Assembly: GCA_023213395.1 (NCBI GenBank)
Contig: CM041465.1
Coordinates: 60,333,741-60,397,740 of the forward strand
DNA: 64,000 bases
DNA from: Cycas panzhihuaensis
Taxonomy: Eukaryota; Plantae; Cycadophyta
Direction: 5' to 3'
In this document: positions 41,382 through 54,333 of the stretch, in pieces
Layout: the number at the start of each line of letters is the position of its first letter
How positions within the stretch are numbered: the first letter of the stretch is position 1
Program-made: the position numbers and the translations under genes
Notes under the pieces: model-generated
What the model was told of the DNA's origin: nothing
The model's database searches: none
The model's input: only the letters and a program-made list of their open reading frames with translations

Positions 41382-44300
41382 TGTTGCAGTTATATTTGAC
41401 ACCTGTGTGCCCGTTAGAGGGAATGTATGACGAAAACCAGACAAAACAATGTGTATTTTGTAAGGCAACCATTCGACATGTGTTCAAAATAGAGAACAAA
41501 CGAAACAGAGTGCAAAACACAGTCCATCCCGTCGTAGGAACAATTGTTGAATGTAGGAACGCACCGAGCAGAAAAAAGAACGGTTGTGGCACAACAGAGA
41601 AACAAAGGAAGGAATGTACGAAACACGTGGACAATCGTACGTGTTAAGGAACATATTAGAGGTTAAACAAAATATGGTTAAGGACTAAAGAGGCATCCAT
41701 TTGGGAAAATAGACGGTTGCGACTGTTAGTCGCAACCGTTCCGTAATAGGGATGCATTGTGTATTTAAACACATTCGCTTGTTAGAATGGATGTGAGAGA
41801 CGAGCGAATGATTTCATTGGTACATGATCTAGTATGGTTGACTAGTAAGACCTGTATAGATTATATGTGATGTAATAATTGACTATTTCCTAATAGAATA
41901 ATAGAGTTATGTGGAAAAGCATGTGTACTTACTAAGAAATGCATGGTGAATGTATGTGTATAAGCTTATCTGTGGACTTATATGGCCTAATAAATGAAGA
42001 TTATGTATGTTGGCTACATGCACACACCCTAGACTATAGTGGAAATCCTTGACGAGTGAAGATCCTGCAGTAGAGAGCGGATTTTAAGTCAACATTGGTT
42101 CTGTTGCCTAAGTCCACTAGCAAAGGGAAGAAAAGCCAAAAACATCCATGTGCAAAGGACAAGCCACTCTGGCTGTCATAGGGATGGCAGGGTCTAACTA
42201 AGCCTAGACAGCCAGGGGGACCTTCCAATGCCACCTAAATGACCTTCGAAGGCACAGAGTCACAAACAAAACCTCAAGGGATAATGGAAACAAGCAAGCA
42301 GAGAGCTTTAAGATGGTCCTGAGAGAAAAACCTAAGAAGAGTAAGGAGATTAAGTATGGACAAAAAAGAGACCAAAGTGAATCGATGGAGGGATCTGAGG
42401 CAAGTGGAGCCCAAACCCCACGAGAAATAGAAAACATAGGCCAAGGGGAGCCTATGGCAATCACACCTGCTCCAGAGAAATATCACAACAAAGGAAAGGA
42501 TATAAAGAGGGATAACAACCCTGAGAAGGAACTAAGTTTGGACTCTACTCCAAAGGACCTAAGTGGCAATGAGGAAAGAGTGGAGGAAGGTCCCTAGGCA
42601 CATTGGGAAAATCATTTGGTTAGACAACTCTTTGAAGATCCACTAGAGGGAAGTGAGGATCAGTCATACCTAATAACAACTCCAGTGGCGACAGAGATAA
42701 CGGGAGTACCAAGGGTAATTCAACTAAAGTCACCTATATACAATCCCTTATTCGTGAAAGGGAATAGTGGGGAAGAAACACCACTAAGGAGATCCTATAA
42801 AAAGTTTTCGGAAGGAAAGGCAACAACTCCACCTCGAAGGGAGGAGGGGAGGAATAATTCTACAATGGCACACCATAGGGAGTTTGGGAAACTCATTTTT
42901 GACGACTCTACTGACATTGCAGAACATATTTACCTATTCCAAAGGTTAATCAATCTTGAAAAAATCACGGATGAAGCTGAAATCAAGGAGAGATTCACAT
43001 ACTTATTGATGGGTGTACCATTAGCATGGTATAAACAGTTAGACCCATGCAAAACTTGGGATGAAATAAAAAAAGAGTTTGAAGCAAGGTTTTTGAAGTA
43101 CCAAAACAATGACATCATAGAACTAACCTTAAGGGAAATACAATAGAAGCCAAGGGAGTCTGTCATGACATAAATTAGCAGAATAGATATGATTGTTGTT
43201 ACCATGACGAATAATGAGAAGATTAGGGACTTAAGTATGCATACCTTCTTTGTGAATGGGTTGAACACCAAGTTAAAGAATGTAATGGCATCACATCCCT
43301 TAAAATCACACAAGAATTGGCCCTAGACTTCGAGGAAGGGATCAACACCAAAAGGATAGCCTATGATCCCTTGGTCATGAGGTTGCAAGAAGGAATAAGC
43401 CAGTTGAAAACACAAAACCTTAATAGACCCTTGTTTCAAATGGCCAAGGCATAGGAGAATACAGAAATAGAAGCCCTCAGGAAGGAAGCGGCTAGATTGA
43501 AACTACAACATTGAGACAACTTCAGAGAAGATTCTGGCAAATATCGAGGTAAAAAACCCCCAATAGAGAATTGGTGCCATATCTGTGAGGAAGATACTCA
43601 CACCACAAAGGAATGTGAGTGCAATGTGCGGAATCGTAAACAGAACACTTGTGCCATATTTGCGACCAAGGAACACACAATACTTGAGAATGTTACTTCA
43701 ACACCAGAGGCACAAACGCTCGAGGAAGAGGGTGAGGAAGAAACAACTTGAATACCTGAACAATATATACGACAAGGATGCAACCGGATAACCTAAGGAA
43801 GAAACCTCCATTGGGAAGATGTTTGATATGTCTAGAGAATAGGCACTGGAAATCTGATTGCCCAATAGCAAAAATCCAAAAGGAATGTTTGTACCTATGC
43901 AAAAATTGTGGTCCAAGCACTCATACCACCAAGGAGTGCAAAGGCAAGGGCAAGGCCCTAAATGGAGTAACAATCATACCAGGATCCCCTAAAGACGTTA
44001 ACTTACAAAATCAGAAGAATGAGGTAGAAAAGGACTACCCTAACCCAAAGGTGGAAATTGACCGTTTTGTTGCCACCAAGAAAGCATTAGAAGAAGCCGC
44101 GCAGGAAGAAGCAATCAAATCACTACCTATAGGAAAACCAAAAATAAAACATGTGTATCGAAGGAAGAATAAGAAAGTGGAAGAGCAAGCATTACCCAAG
44201 AACTTAAGAGAACCCCCAAGACAGTGGTACTCTTACAAAAGCTAATACTTATAGAGGACCTAGTTAACCAATTGAACTTAACCATTCCGTTGGGGAGAGT

Positions 44301-47300
44301 TATTGAATGGATAAAAGGAGGAAAGATTCATTCAAAAGAAGCCTCTCAAAGCCTACACAAGATTAACCCATTCTGTGACTTAGACCCAGCAGTGGATATA
44401 AGCATTCTCGGGGTAACCCTAAAGAATGTCATTGTAGACGGAGGAGCAGTCGTGAACGTATTATTGACTCAAACATGGAAAAAATTGGGAAACCCACGAT
44501 TATCACCTATAAATTACTCATTGAAGTTGGCTGATGAATTGTTAGTCAAACCAGTGGGGTGATTAGAGAATATCCAAGTCAATGTAGCCAATATTATCGT
44601 CCCCATAGACTTCACAATCGTGGATATGTTAAATATATAATCACCTACTCGACATCGTTAGGGAGACCATGGTTATATCAAACGGAATGCTTGCAAAGCT
44701 GGAGAGACGTAACCTTTGCACTTATAGATGGAGTAAACAAGGTCATCCTCCCCATACTGGCAAAGAGCAGGTATACAATGGAGGTAATTCCAAACAATGC
44801 ATCCAGCACAATAGTCACCACACGAGAAACTTCCTCAACCTTCGATGAAGCTAACTTATACCATACGACAGAAGAAATCACACATATGAATGATGCTCAG
44901 GAGTTCGAGCCTAACATTTATGGGGAATTACCATCAGAAGCATCGTTCGACGGGGAAGGAACCAACAATATGATCAGATATTGGATGGATAATTCGTATG
45001 AGATACAACTCTCTTCATTCTGTTGTAATTTGTTATCTAAATGTTTTTCAATTGATAATAAATTAAATAACAATTTGAATTATACGCGTGTCAAGGATCC
45101 TAGTGAATTATTAGATAGTCACTTAGTAAAAGTTGAGTTCTAATTAAGAAATAAGGTGCATGTAAATTTACTAACTCCTAAGACCCCTTTCCTATCTTAT
45201 CCCCATCCCTAACCCCTCATCCTCGCTCGCCTTCCCAAGAGTTGATTTGGGAGATCTAGCCAATCTCCTCCCCGACTTTGAGGAAACCCTTCCAAGTCCC
45301 TCTACTAAAAACCAAGAGGTAGGAAACCCCATTCCTACCCAAAATTCCCCCCCTAAACTCCCCAAAATCCCTTTCTGTGAACCCTCCTAGTGAAATCGAA
45401 ATGGAGGATAATCTCCAAAGGTTAACCGAAAACACCCACCTCACTAAACTCATACCAGAAGACAGAACCAAAAGGCAAGAACAACTACTTTCATTTTCAG
45501 GGAAGAAAATGGAAGGAACAAAACATTTAATCCAATGCATGGAACATTGGTTGCACTATAGGATACTAGACAAAACCCGATGGATCATTGACTTCGTAAC
45601 CACCCTCCATGATCATGCACGGTGGTGGTACATAGCTCACCATCGTATCCTCTAAACCTGGGAAAGTTTGTAATCAACTTTCAGACTTAAGTTTGACCCA
45701 CCCTAGAACTTATTAATTGCAGGATTTTTGGTAGGAGAATGCCCTAACAAGCATCTCCTTAGGTGCAGACGGCTATGGAAGCATTGGAGCATTCCTATGC
45801 TACATTGGAGCCACCTTTCTATCCATACATTGGGAACTTTAGCGAAAACATGGTTCTTAGAGCAAGAACAAGTCCAGCTAGTATCATGGGAAGAAATAGA
45901 GCATTCATTCACAAAAGCCTTTTCATACTTTTCTAATAACTAGGTAATTCACAAAGTGCTAAAAAATATAAGGGATATAAGTAGAGAAGTAGAAAAAAAT
46001 TTAATGTCAATTGAAAGCATTAAAGATACAAAATTTAGTGAGAATGAAGAGAAGGGGGAGAGAGAAGAGGCCTAGAACCTACTTTCGGAATACATAGAAT
46101 TAAAATATGGGCAACGAGATATAGATGACACACTTGCTTGCTAAATGGGAAAAGAAATACAACACGAGGAACCCAAAACAACTCAAATAAACCTTGGGAT
46201 AGAAACAAACCTCAAAAACATTACTATCGGTAACTATTGGGATGAGAAAACAGTAACAGAAAGCTCTAATAAGATCCTGGAGAATTGTTTACGAAAGGTG
46301 TGCAATATTGGTAGATCTAATTGGGCAGGGAAACTACCTTCTGTCCTATGGGCATTCTGCACCACATATAAATAAGCCACAAGACACACTCCATTTAAGT
46401 TAATGTATGGGATGGAAGCCATACTCCCCATCGAGTTCAAGATACCCAGTTTGAGGATTGCCTTAGCTTATCGATTGGATGACATCGAATCTTTACGAGA
46501 ACGCCTATGGCAATTGATTCAACTTGACGGGGATAGACAGAAATCAGAATGGCTATAGGAGATCGAGAAAACAAGACAGAAGGCGTGGCACGACTGCCAC
46601 CTTAGATGCCCTCAGTTCGAGGAAGGAGAACAAGTCCTATTGTACGATAGCAAATTCCACACCCATCTTAGAAAATTAAAATCACGATGGTTGGGACCCT
46701 ACCAAGTAGAAAAGATTTATCCTAACGGATCAATTCAACTGCAAGAAGTGAATGATTATAAACTACCTATCCTAGTCAATGGCAGTCGATTGAAAAAAAT
46801 ATCACTATTAAAGCATACTCCTCCAGTACGAGTCAACTGAATGTATAATACGTGTTGTGTGAAGTTGTAGACAACTAAAGTTGTCCTAGTACTGGTACAA
46901 AGACTCGACACCGGTGCATAAACATAAAAAATCCTTACAAAAAACCTAAAAAATGGAAAAAAACTAATCGTAACTCGCAAAAATTATACGCCTAGACAAA
47001 AGTCAAAGAAAATTATACCTTGCATCCCAAATTTCGAATGTAAACAAGCAGAAGGAATCGAATAGAATATGATATATTCCTCACAAGGGATGGATGACAC
47101 AGAAATCGACCAGAAATTGGAACCATTCTGGATTGAACTATATGCGTTCTTAGATAGGAATGTGACCCGAACAAATGAAAAAAAAGTATATTATAAGTAC
47201 TGAAACCCTAGAATCATTCCAGCATTCAAACGCATGGACGAAAGGAGAGCAATACAACCCTAAAGAGGAACGACCACCTCAATCGTCCGAACAAGGGAAC

Positions 47301-49311
47301 ACACAATCGACAAAAAGGTGTAAGTCCCTCAAAAGGAACACACAATCAACAAAAAGGTGTAGGTCCCTCAAAAGGATCCATTGTTGAATCTTGTTTTTTC
47401 CATACATTTCCCTTGGGCCACAGGATGAAAATTGCAGGTATCCAAGAGACCTATTTGCCAAAACTCTAGGGAGAATTCGAGGAGTTACCGGATAGTTTCA
47501 GGGCAAAAATTAAACAAGCTAGATGGGAGGATTTTGTTATCATGCCTCCTTTGTATTGGGACCCAGAAATCATAGAGGAAATCATCATGACTGTGAAATG
47601 GAAAAGGGAGAAGGTAAAAATAGATGCGGCAACCGTTCATGAGATTACAGGGTTATCCAAGGAAGGAGAAACCCCCATGGTCACAAAGAAATTAGAAGTA
47701 GACTAGGAGACATGGACAAGGGAAACTATGTGTCCTAGATACTCAGGTTTACTATGGCAGCATAAGAATTGTGGATATCACAGATAGGAAATTAAAGTGG
47801 GTTGCTATAGTTCTGGTATCCAAATTTATGTCAAAGCAGAAGCATACATACATTCCTAGAGGATTAGTACCCCTACTTCTAGCATTACAAGATGAGGTAA
47901 AAATGAACTTGCGCGAGTTCTTGGCCATCAACATGGAGCAACAATTTGGAGAACTTCAAACCCACCCTTTTAGATAGCCATCATTATTATTGGCTTTATT
48001 ATTCTAGTAGTGCCCAGATATTAATCCCCCTTCCTTATCTATCCAACCTGGAGAACCTATGAAAAGAAATGGATTAATATTATGCCGAGTGGTACCTAGG
48101 ATCCAAGAGTGAAGCGACAGGTCAAAGCAGAGATGGCTAAAGTATTGAAATGGGTACAGCATAAACCAGGGACCTCCTTTCCACCTTGCCAAGAGCAGGC
48201 AACCAAAAGTAGTACCAAAAGGAGTAGAGGAGTTACCAAAGGAATGGGAAACGAAGCTCCCTCCCACAGTCACAGAATTAGGGGAAGGTTACTCACAAAT
48301 GCCCTTAAGTGAAAAGAGTACAGAAATCATCCAGTTATTACAGTAATTAGAACAAGGGTACAATGCACAAATATTAGAGTTGCAGGAGAATATTAAGGAG
48401 AAAGAAGCAATAATAGCCACCCTGACACAAATAAATGAAGACATGTTGAGAGCCACTGAGCCATCAAAAGAACCAAGACTGCAAGAGCAGCCCTAATTGC
48501 AGAAAGGGAAGAGGAGAAAGCCAAGGAAAACAATTTTTTTTGAAATTTTTGAATTTAGCACAGATGCTCAACCATTTTTGTTGACCCCAGATAGATGTTG
48601 CGGTTATATTTGACACCTATGTATCCGTTAGAGGGAAAGTATGATGAAAACCAAACAAAACAGTGGGTATTTTGCAGGGCAACCATTCGGCATGCATTTG
48701 GGACAGAGAACGGACGAAATAGAGTACAAAAAATAATCCATCTTACCACAGGAACAATTGTTGAATGTAGGAATGAATGTTGAACACAGGAACGCATTGA
48801 GCAGAAAAAGGAATGATTGTGGCACAACAGAGGAATGAAGGACGGAACGTACAGAACACGTGGACAATCGTACGTGTTAAGGAACAAATTAGAGGTTAAA
48901 CAAAGTACGGTTAAGGACTGAAGAGGCGTCCATTTGGGAAAACAGACAGTAACCATTCTGTAACAAGGATGCTCCGTGTACTTAAACACATCCGCTTGGT
49001 GGAATGGATGTGAGAGCCGAGTGAGTGATTTCATTGGTACTTGATTTGGTAGGGTTGACTAGTCAAACCTGTACGCATTATATGTGATGTAATAATTGAT
49101 TATTGCCTAATGGAATAATAGAATTACGTTGGAAAACATGTGTATTCACTAAGGAATGCATGGTGAATGTATGTGTATAAGCTTATCTATGGACTTATGT
49201 GGCCTAATAAATGAAGATTATGTATGTTGACCACGTGCACATACCCTAGACTACAGTGGAAACCCTTGATGAGTGAAGATCTTGCAGTAGAGAGCAGATT
49301 TTAAGTCAACA
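41382..49311 (+). mobile_element. Ty3/gypsy element with RT-RNaseH deleted; gag, PR, extra capsid-like repeats, C-terminal INT and accessory ORF remain
   Basis: LTRs 41382-42094 and 48596-49311; PBS TGGTTCTGTTGCC; TSD GTATT/ATATT; PR VIVDGGAVVNVL; junction WDEKTVTE|SSNKILENCL; KLKSRWLGPY. Confidence 0.93.
47293..47376. repeat. 39-bp tandem duplication
   Basis: AARGGAACACACAATCRACAAAAAGGTGTARGTCCCTCA x2. Confidence 0.9.
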
Positions 49312-49316
49312 ATATT

Positions 49317-50175
49317 TGTGTATAAAAGGGATGGATATAATGTCTTAACAGATGTAGAAAGGGAAGAAAATTTTAGGAAGATGAATAAAATAATAATTGA
49401 AGTTATTATTGCAGCAGTAAATAAAGATGAGCTTCCTTCTTCTTACCATTTTCTCATCCCTGCAATTCATAATGTTGATACTACTAAAGAACTCTGGAAT
49501 CTTTTGAAGGATGTGTATGAAAAGACTCCCGAAGAGGTACAAGAGATTCTTGATAAGGCAAACAAAAATATTGATGGTTGTAATAGAGGTAAACAAGATG
49601 AAGAAAGTACTACTGTTACAGGTGAAAAGGTATGCCAAGAAATTGATGAGACTACTATTGAATGTGTGGTTGAATCTGATGAGATTACTGAGCATGTTGA
49701 GATTGATGAATTGACTAATGATGATTGTGATCAAGCAATAGAAGTTTTTCTAGATGTTCCTATTGTTTTAGGGGAGGATGAATCCAAATCTGGTTATTTT
49801 ATTGAAGATAAATCTGTTGATTCAAACTCAATTCCTAGTTTGAATACTGGTTCAAATTTGAATTGGTTACAAGTTGATGAAGACTCTGCCCCAAAAGTTG
49901 AAGAACTCATTGTTGGACATGCTAGTCAAAAGGAAGAATTCATACAGGATTATGATGCTCATTTTTCAAATGTTTTAAGTGATGTTGATTCTTCTTTAGA
50001 TGTCTTAACTTCAGATCTTGATGGTAGCTCAATTGATACTAATTATTCATATGTTGAAGAAAATGAAGTCAAACAGGTTGTAATTCAAACAATGGTCGAA
50101 TACATCCCTGATATAAACTTTGATCTTCAAGAAGCCTTTGATAATCTACAAGATTACTTACAGGATCTACTTTAA
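49317..50175 (+). CDS. Copia gag-like protein with long acidic tail (N-terminus at 41291-41381, split by the Ty3 insertion)
   Basis: LPKYTGINYRYWAIKMESVF|VYKRDG...TTKELWNLLKDVYE (copia gag N-terminal/UBN2-type motifs); D/E-rich tail; no zinc knuckle. Confidence 0.8.
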
Positions 50176-51124
50176 GCTCAAGTTGGACCAACTATGATCT
50201 ACTATACCTTTTGTATGATGAAGGATTTAGTGTTGAATGCCAAGATGAAGAATTTCAAGTTCAAGGACCATTGATTCGAAGGCTACTACAAGGACATCAT
50301 TACATTAATGAAGCTGGAGATCAAACTAAAGACATTGTTTTCAAGACAATTCCAAGAACAAGACATTGCAAATTCAAGGATTTCCCAAATGTGCATTAAG
50401 GGGAGACATTAGACTTTAAAGGGTCACATATTATAATATTATTGTAATGCACATTTGTGTAAAGTAGGTGGTCTATAGGTTATTGGTCAATTAATAGGTG
50501 TTATGTTATTAGCTGTGTTAGAGGTTAGTAGTCCCACATGTACCACATATCATTCTATATATTCTCACTTGTGGTATATAAATAAGTGAGTAAGGTAAAG
50601 TAAATTACATTGAGTCAAGATGGAGATTTGTGGTGTTATTGTTGTGGAGTCATTATGATGTAGACATTTTGATTATGAGTTAATGATATTTCCATTATGT
50701 TCATGATACTTGTTTCATTGTTCTTGATATTAAATGATCTCTATTAAACATTTTAACATGAGTGTCATTAAAATGGGTGTTTTTAGAGTTTACATATTCA
50801 TGTGTTCATCATAGGTTATCTTAGAGGTTCTCCAACATCATTAGACTTCAATAAGGTGAGCTATATCTATAATATATACTATTTCATAATATCATAATGG
50901 AGATGATCATTTTGTCCAACATTTATTATCTTGTGTTATGATACATATTTCATTTTTGTATATTTTAGATTTCATATTTTATTCATATTTCATCTCATAT
51001 TTGTGAATTGTACTACTGAACATAATCATAATTTGTTATATGGTCTCACAATGATCTTGGTGCATCTTTTAACATGGTAGTAGCGCTGATGGTTGAAATA
51101 TTAACATTGATGGTTGAATCTTAT

Positions 51125-52296
51125 TGTGACCCAATTCAATTATGGAAGTTGGGCACAATATGAGAAATTATTAAATTTAACTATTAGAAGTCGATTTTAT
51201 TATTATTAGGAAGTCTATTTTTTAAAAATGTGGTCAATTTTGACACCTATAAATAGAAGATTATCATTTATTTGTAAATCATTTTTTGTGAGTTAATCCA
51301 TTTGGGGTTTCTGACCACTAGGCTTTTAGGGGCTTTATCTTAGCTTTCATTTTAGTTTTCTTTTGTATTTGTGGAAGTAGATCCAATTTAGGATCACTTC
51401 AAGTGGTATCAAGGAAGTACAAGGATGCTAATTGCTTAGCCATCATAGCAATTGTACCTACCTTGCTTAAAGAGTTACACCATGAATATTTACAAAATGC
51501 AAAGGCAAAGGTAATCATGGATAAAAATTCTGAAGAACTAGTAGAGACTCGTTGGTCAAAGAAGGGAAGCACCCTACTTTATAAGAATAGAATCTACTTA
51601 CTCCAAGGATCACAATTTAAAGAAGTAGCCCTCAAGGAGCATCATGACTCATTCAGTTGAACATTTAGGGTTCCTAAAAATTTATGAAAGGATAAAAGGT
51701 CATTTTATTGGAGGGGGATGAAGGCCGACATAAAGATATTTGTTTTTGAGTGTGAGACGTATCAGAGACAAAAGATAGAGTTAGTACAGGCTCTAGGCTT
51801 ACTATAACTATTAGAACGACTTGAACAAAAATGGGAGGAAATATCTATGGACTTTATAACTGGAATTCCAAAGGCAGGAACCAAGAATGCCCTATTCATA
51901 GTAGTGGATTGTCTGACAAAGTATGCATATTTCATCCCCATCCAAGCATCATACAAAGCATATTAGATAGCTAAGGTATTTATGGAGAACATCCATAGGC
52001 TGCATGGTTTTCCAAAAAAGATAGTTAGCGATAGAGATCCAAAATTTACAAGCCATTTTTGGAAGGACTTATTCAAATTAGTAGGGACCCCACTTGCCAC
52101 GAGCACAACATACCGCCCTAAACAGATGGATGAACTGAAGTTGTCAACAAAAGTTTAGAGGCATACTTACGATGCTATGCTGGAGATAACTAGTCCAAAT
52201 GGGTGAAATGAGCCCACCTAGCTAAATATTAGTACAACACCAATTACCACTCCTCTATTCAAACGACACCCTTCAAGGCATTATATGGTTATCCAC
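51125..52296 (+). mobile_element. Internally deleted Ty3 element: LTR 51125-51401 and PBS joined directly to integrase
   Basis: TGTGAC...CACTTCA then AGTGGTATCAA; [46 protein letters not shown]; cut by the LTR at 52297. Confidence 0.8.
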
Positions 52297-53639
52297 TGTT
52301 AGCGGTAGTTAACTTAGGTTAACTATATACTTAATGCTTCATTAGGGGATAGTTATCACGAGTAGGTGCGACAGAGGGATGTCTCTACACGAATAGGTAC
52401 ATTAAAGAATCATGTCCATACACATAGGGTTACAACACCATTTCGGGGTGTATTTATACGTACCCCTTTAGTATTCTAACCAATCAATTCAGATTGATGT
52501 AATCTCATCATATCAACTCGTATTCCGTCTCCCCATTGAACATTATATTGTTTCAATATTTTAATATAATAAACATTATGTTGGTGGGTTTTCTCTCTTG
52601 GGAGTTTCCCATGATAAATATGGTGTTTGAGTGTTCTTGTGCATGTTCTTGGCGTGTAATAGTCCCTGCCTCTGGTCGGTTTAACACCCGACCTGTAATG
52701 TGCATATACATAAATCTCAACATGGTATCAAAGCTTGAGAAAAACAAGGAATAACGTTAGAACTCAGATTTAAGATTAGAAACGAGTGAGTTTGTCACTA
52801 ACTGGTCAAACTCGAAGATTAGAGATTCATAGATCATTTTGACATTGAGAAAAGAGGCCATCTAGGGTTGCCGAAACACATTGGGCACTTTATATTCTTG
52901 TTGCACTAGCATTGGAAGTTATACGATGATGTTGGGCATCATTTGAAGCTATACAATAACGTTGAGCTTAGATTGGATATCATAAAGCAGTGCGGGGCAA
53001 GATTTGAAGATACTGGGTACCGGTTGATAGTTTTGGGCTTCAAATTGAAGTAGTACAACCGAGATTAGGAAGTACTAAGAGCTTTCAAACTGAATTTCGA
53101 TTGGTGCGTGAACCGAGCGAGTTTGAGGAAGATTTTTCCTCTCATTTTGTAGGAAATAGAATGGAGTTAAATTAAGATCTGATACCAAATGTTGGAAAAT
53201 AATATAGCTCCAAGTAGCTCTGATACCATATGTTGGAAATATAATGCAAGGAGAACAGGGCAGAACATATATAAAAATCACATAGATCAATATTGCATCA
53301 TAGCATCATAGCTTCAACATGAAAGTACTTTGTATTCAATCCATATTGTAAAGAAGAGTAATACAAAATTCCCAATAAGGGCGGTGTCTAAAGACACCAG
53401 GGTTGCACACCCCTCAATATTTATAATTTTGGGGGAGGAGGGAAACTCCTCAACTCTTGAAATTCAAATTACAATAAAATAATATAAATTTAATTTAAAG
53501 TAAACTTAACTCAAATTAACATTAACTTACCTTAACTTACCTACACATGTTGAGCACCCACATGTGTAAATTGAAGATGATGAGGTGTGCTCCCCTGGTT
53601 GGAAGGTGAGAGTGGAGTGATGACAATTAACTCCAACAT

Positions 53640-54333
53640 TCTCCCCTTTAATGGTCATCACGAACACTTGTATCTTCTCTTTGAACTTATGGAACTTGTA
53701 CTTGAAAAAAACTTTAAAATTCTGATATTTATCAACTTGATCTTTATCAACCCTTCTCATCTTTATAGCCACATATGTCTCTTTACCATGGAATGATGTA
53801 AAAAAACTGTAAGTAAATGATGCTTGATTTGTACAAAAAAGAATAGATGCAACTTTGACTTTAACTTCTGAAAATTTAACTTTGATTGTCATATAATTAG
53901 GTCTCTTTTCTGTCATATCATAAGATTCATTCTGCCCCTCAAATGGAGGATCAGGTACTTGTGTAGCAAGTTGGTCCTGCATTTGATCTGAATCTTTATG
54001 GGTGTTGTCATTATGATTCATCTGTTTTGTCACCTGTCTCACATGCTCATAAAAAATAACATCAAATACATTGAGGGTATCTCCCCGATAAGTGGAAAGC
54101 AAAACGTCCCATACAGATTTAGAAGTAGTTAATTCAGAAACTTTAGAAAAAATATTATCATTTATAGTGCAAAATAATAATCCTAAAACTTTATTATACT
54201 TTCTAAAATTTCTTTAATACTGAAATCACATTAATATTGCAAATATTTTAGAAGATTATGTTCAATAAAATAGTCTTGGATAGTCTTGTGCCATAGTGAA
54301 AAATTGTGTCCATCAAATATAAGAAATTGTCAT
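53640..54333 (-). pseudogene. Copia gag remnant followed by an RNaseH C-terminal tail
   Basis: IFDGHNF.LW...IQDYF; IFSKVSELTTSKSVWDVLLSTYRG; ends KFHKFKEKIQV...IKGE at the PPT. Confidence 0.75.

Larger units (their letters stand above)
38667..50758 (+). mobile_element. Non-autonomous gag-only copia derivative (TR-GAG-like), about 4.2 kb without its nested Ty3
   Basis: LTRs 38667-39000 and 50407-50758; PBS TGGTATCAGAG 39001; PPT AAGGGGGAGA; perfect TSD TGAGT; no PR/INT/RT. Confidence 0.92.
38587..51074 (+). mobile_element. LTR (38587-38666 + 50764-51074) split by the gag-only element, followed by a degenerate PBS
   Basis: TGTTG start, TTTTAACA end, TGGTAGTAGCGC at 51075; halves join across TSD TGAGT. 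Confidence 0.6.

Noticed and set aside
41323-41647. ORFs repeated at 48555-49034
   Set aside because: They lie within the two LTR copies; the similarity reflects LTR identity, not a gene
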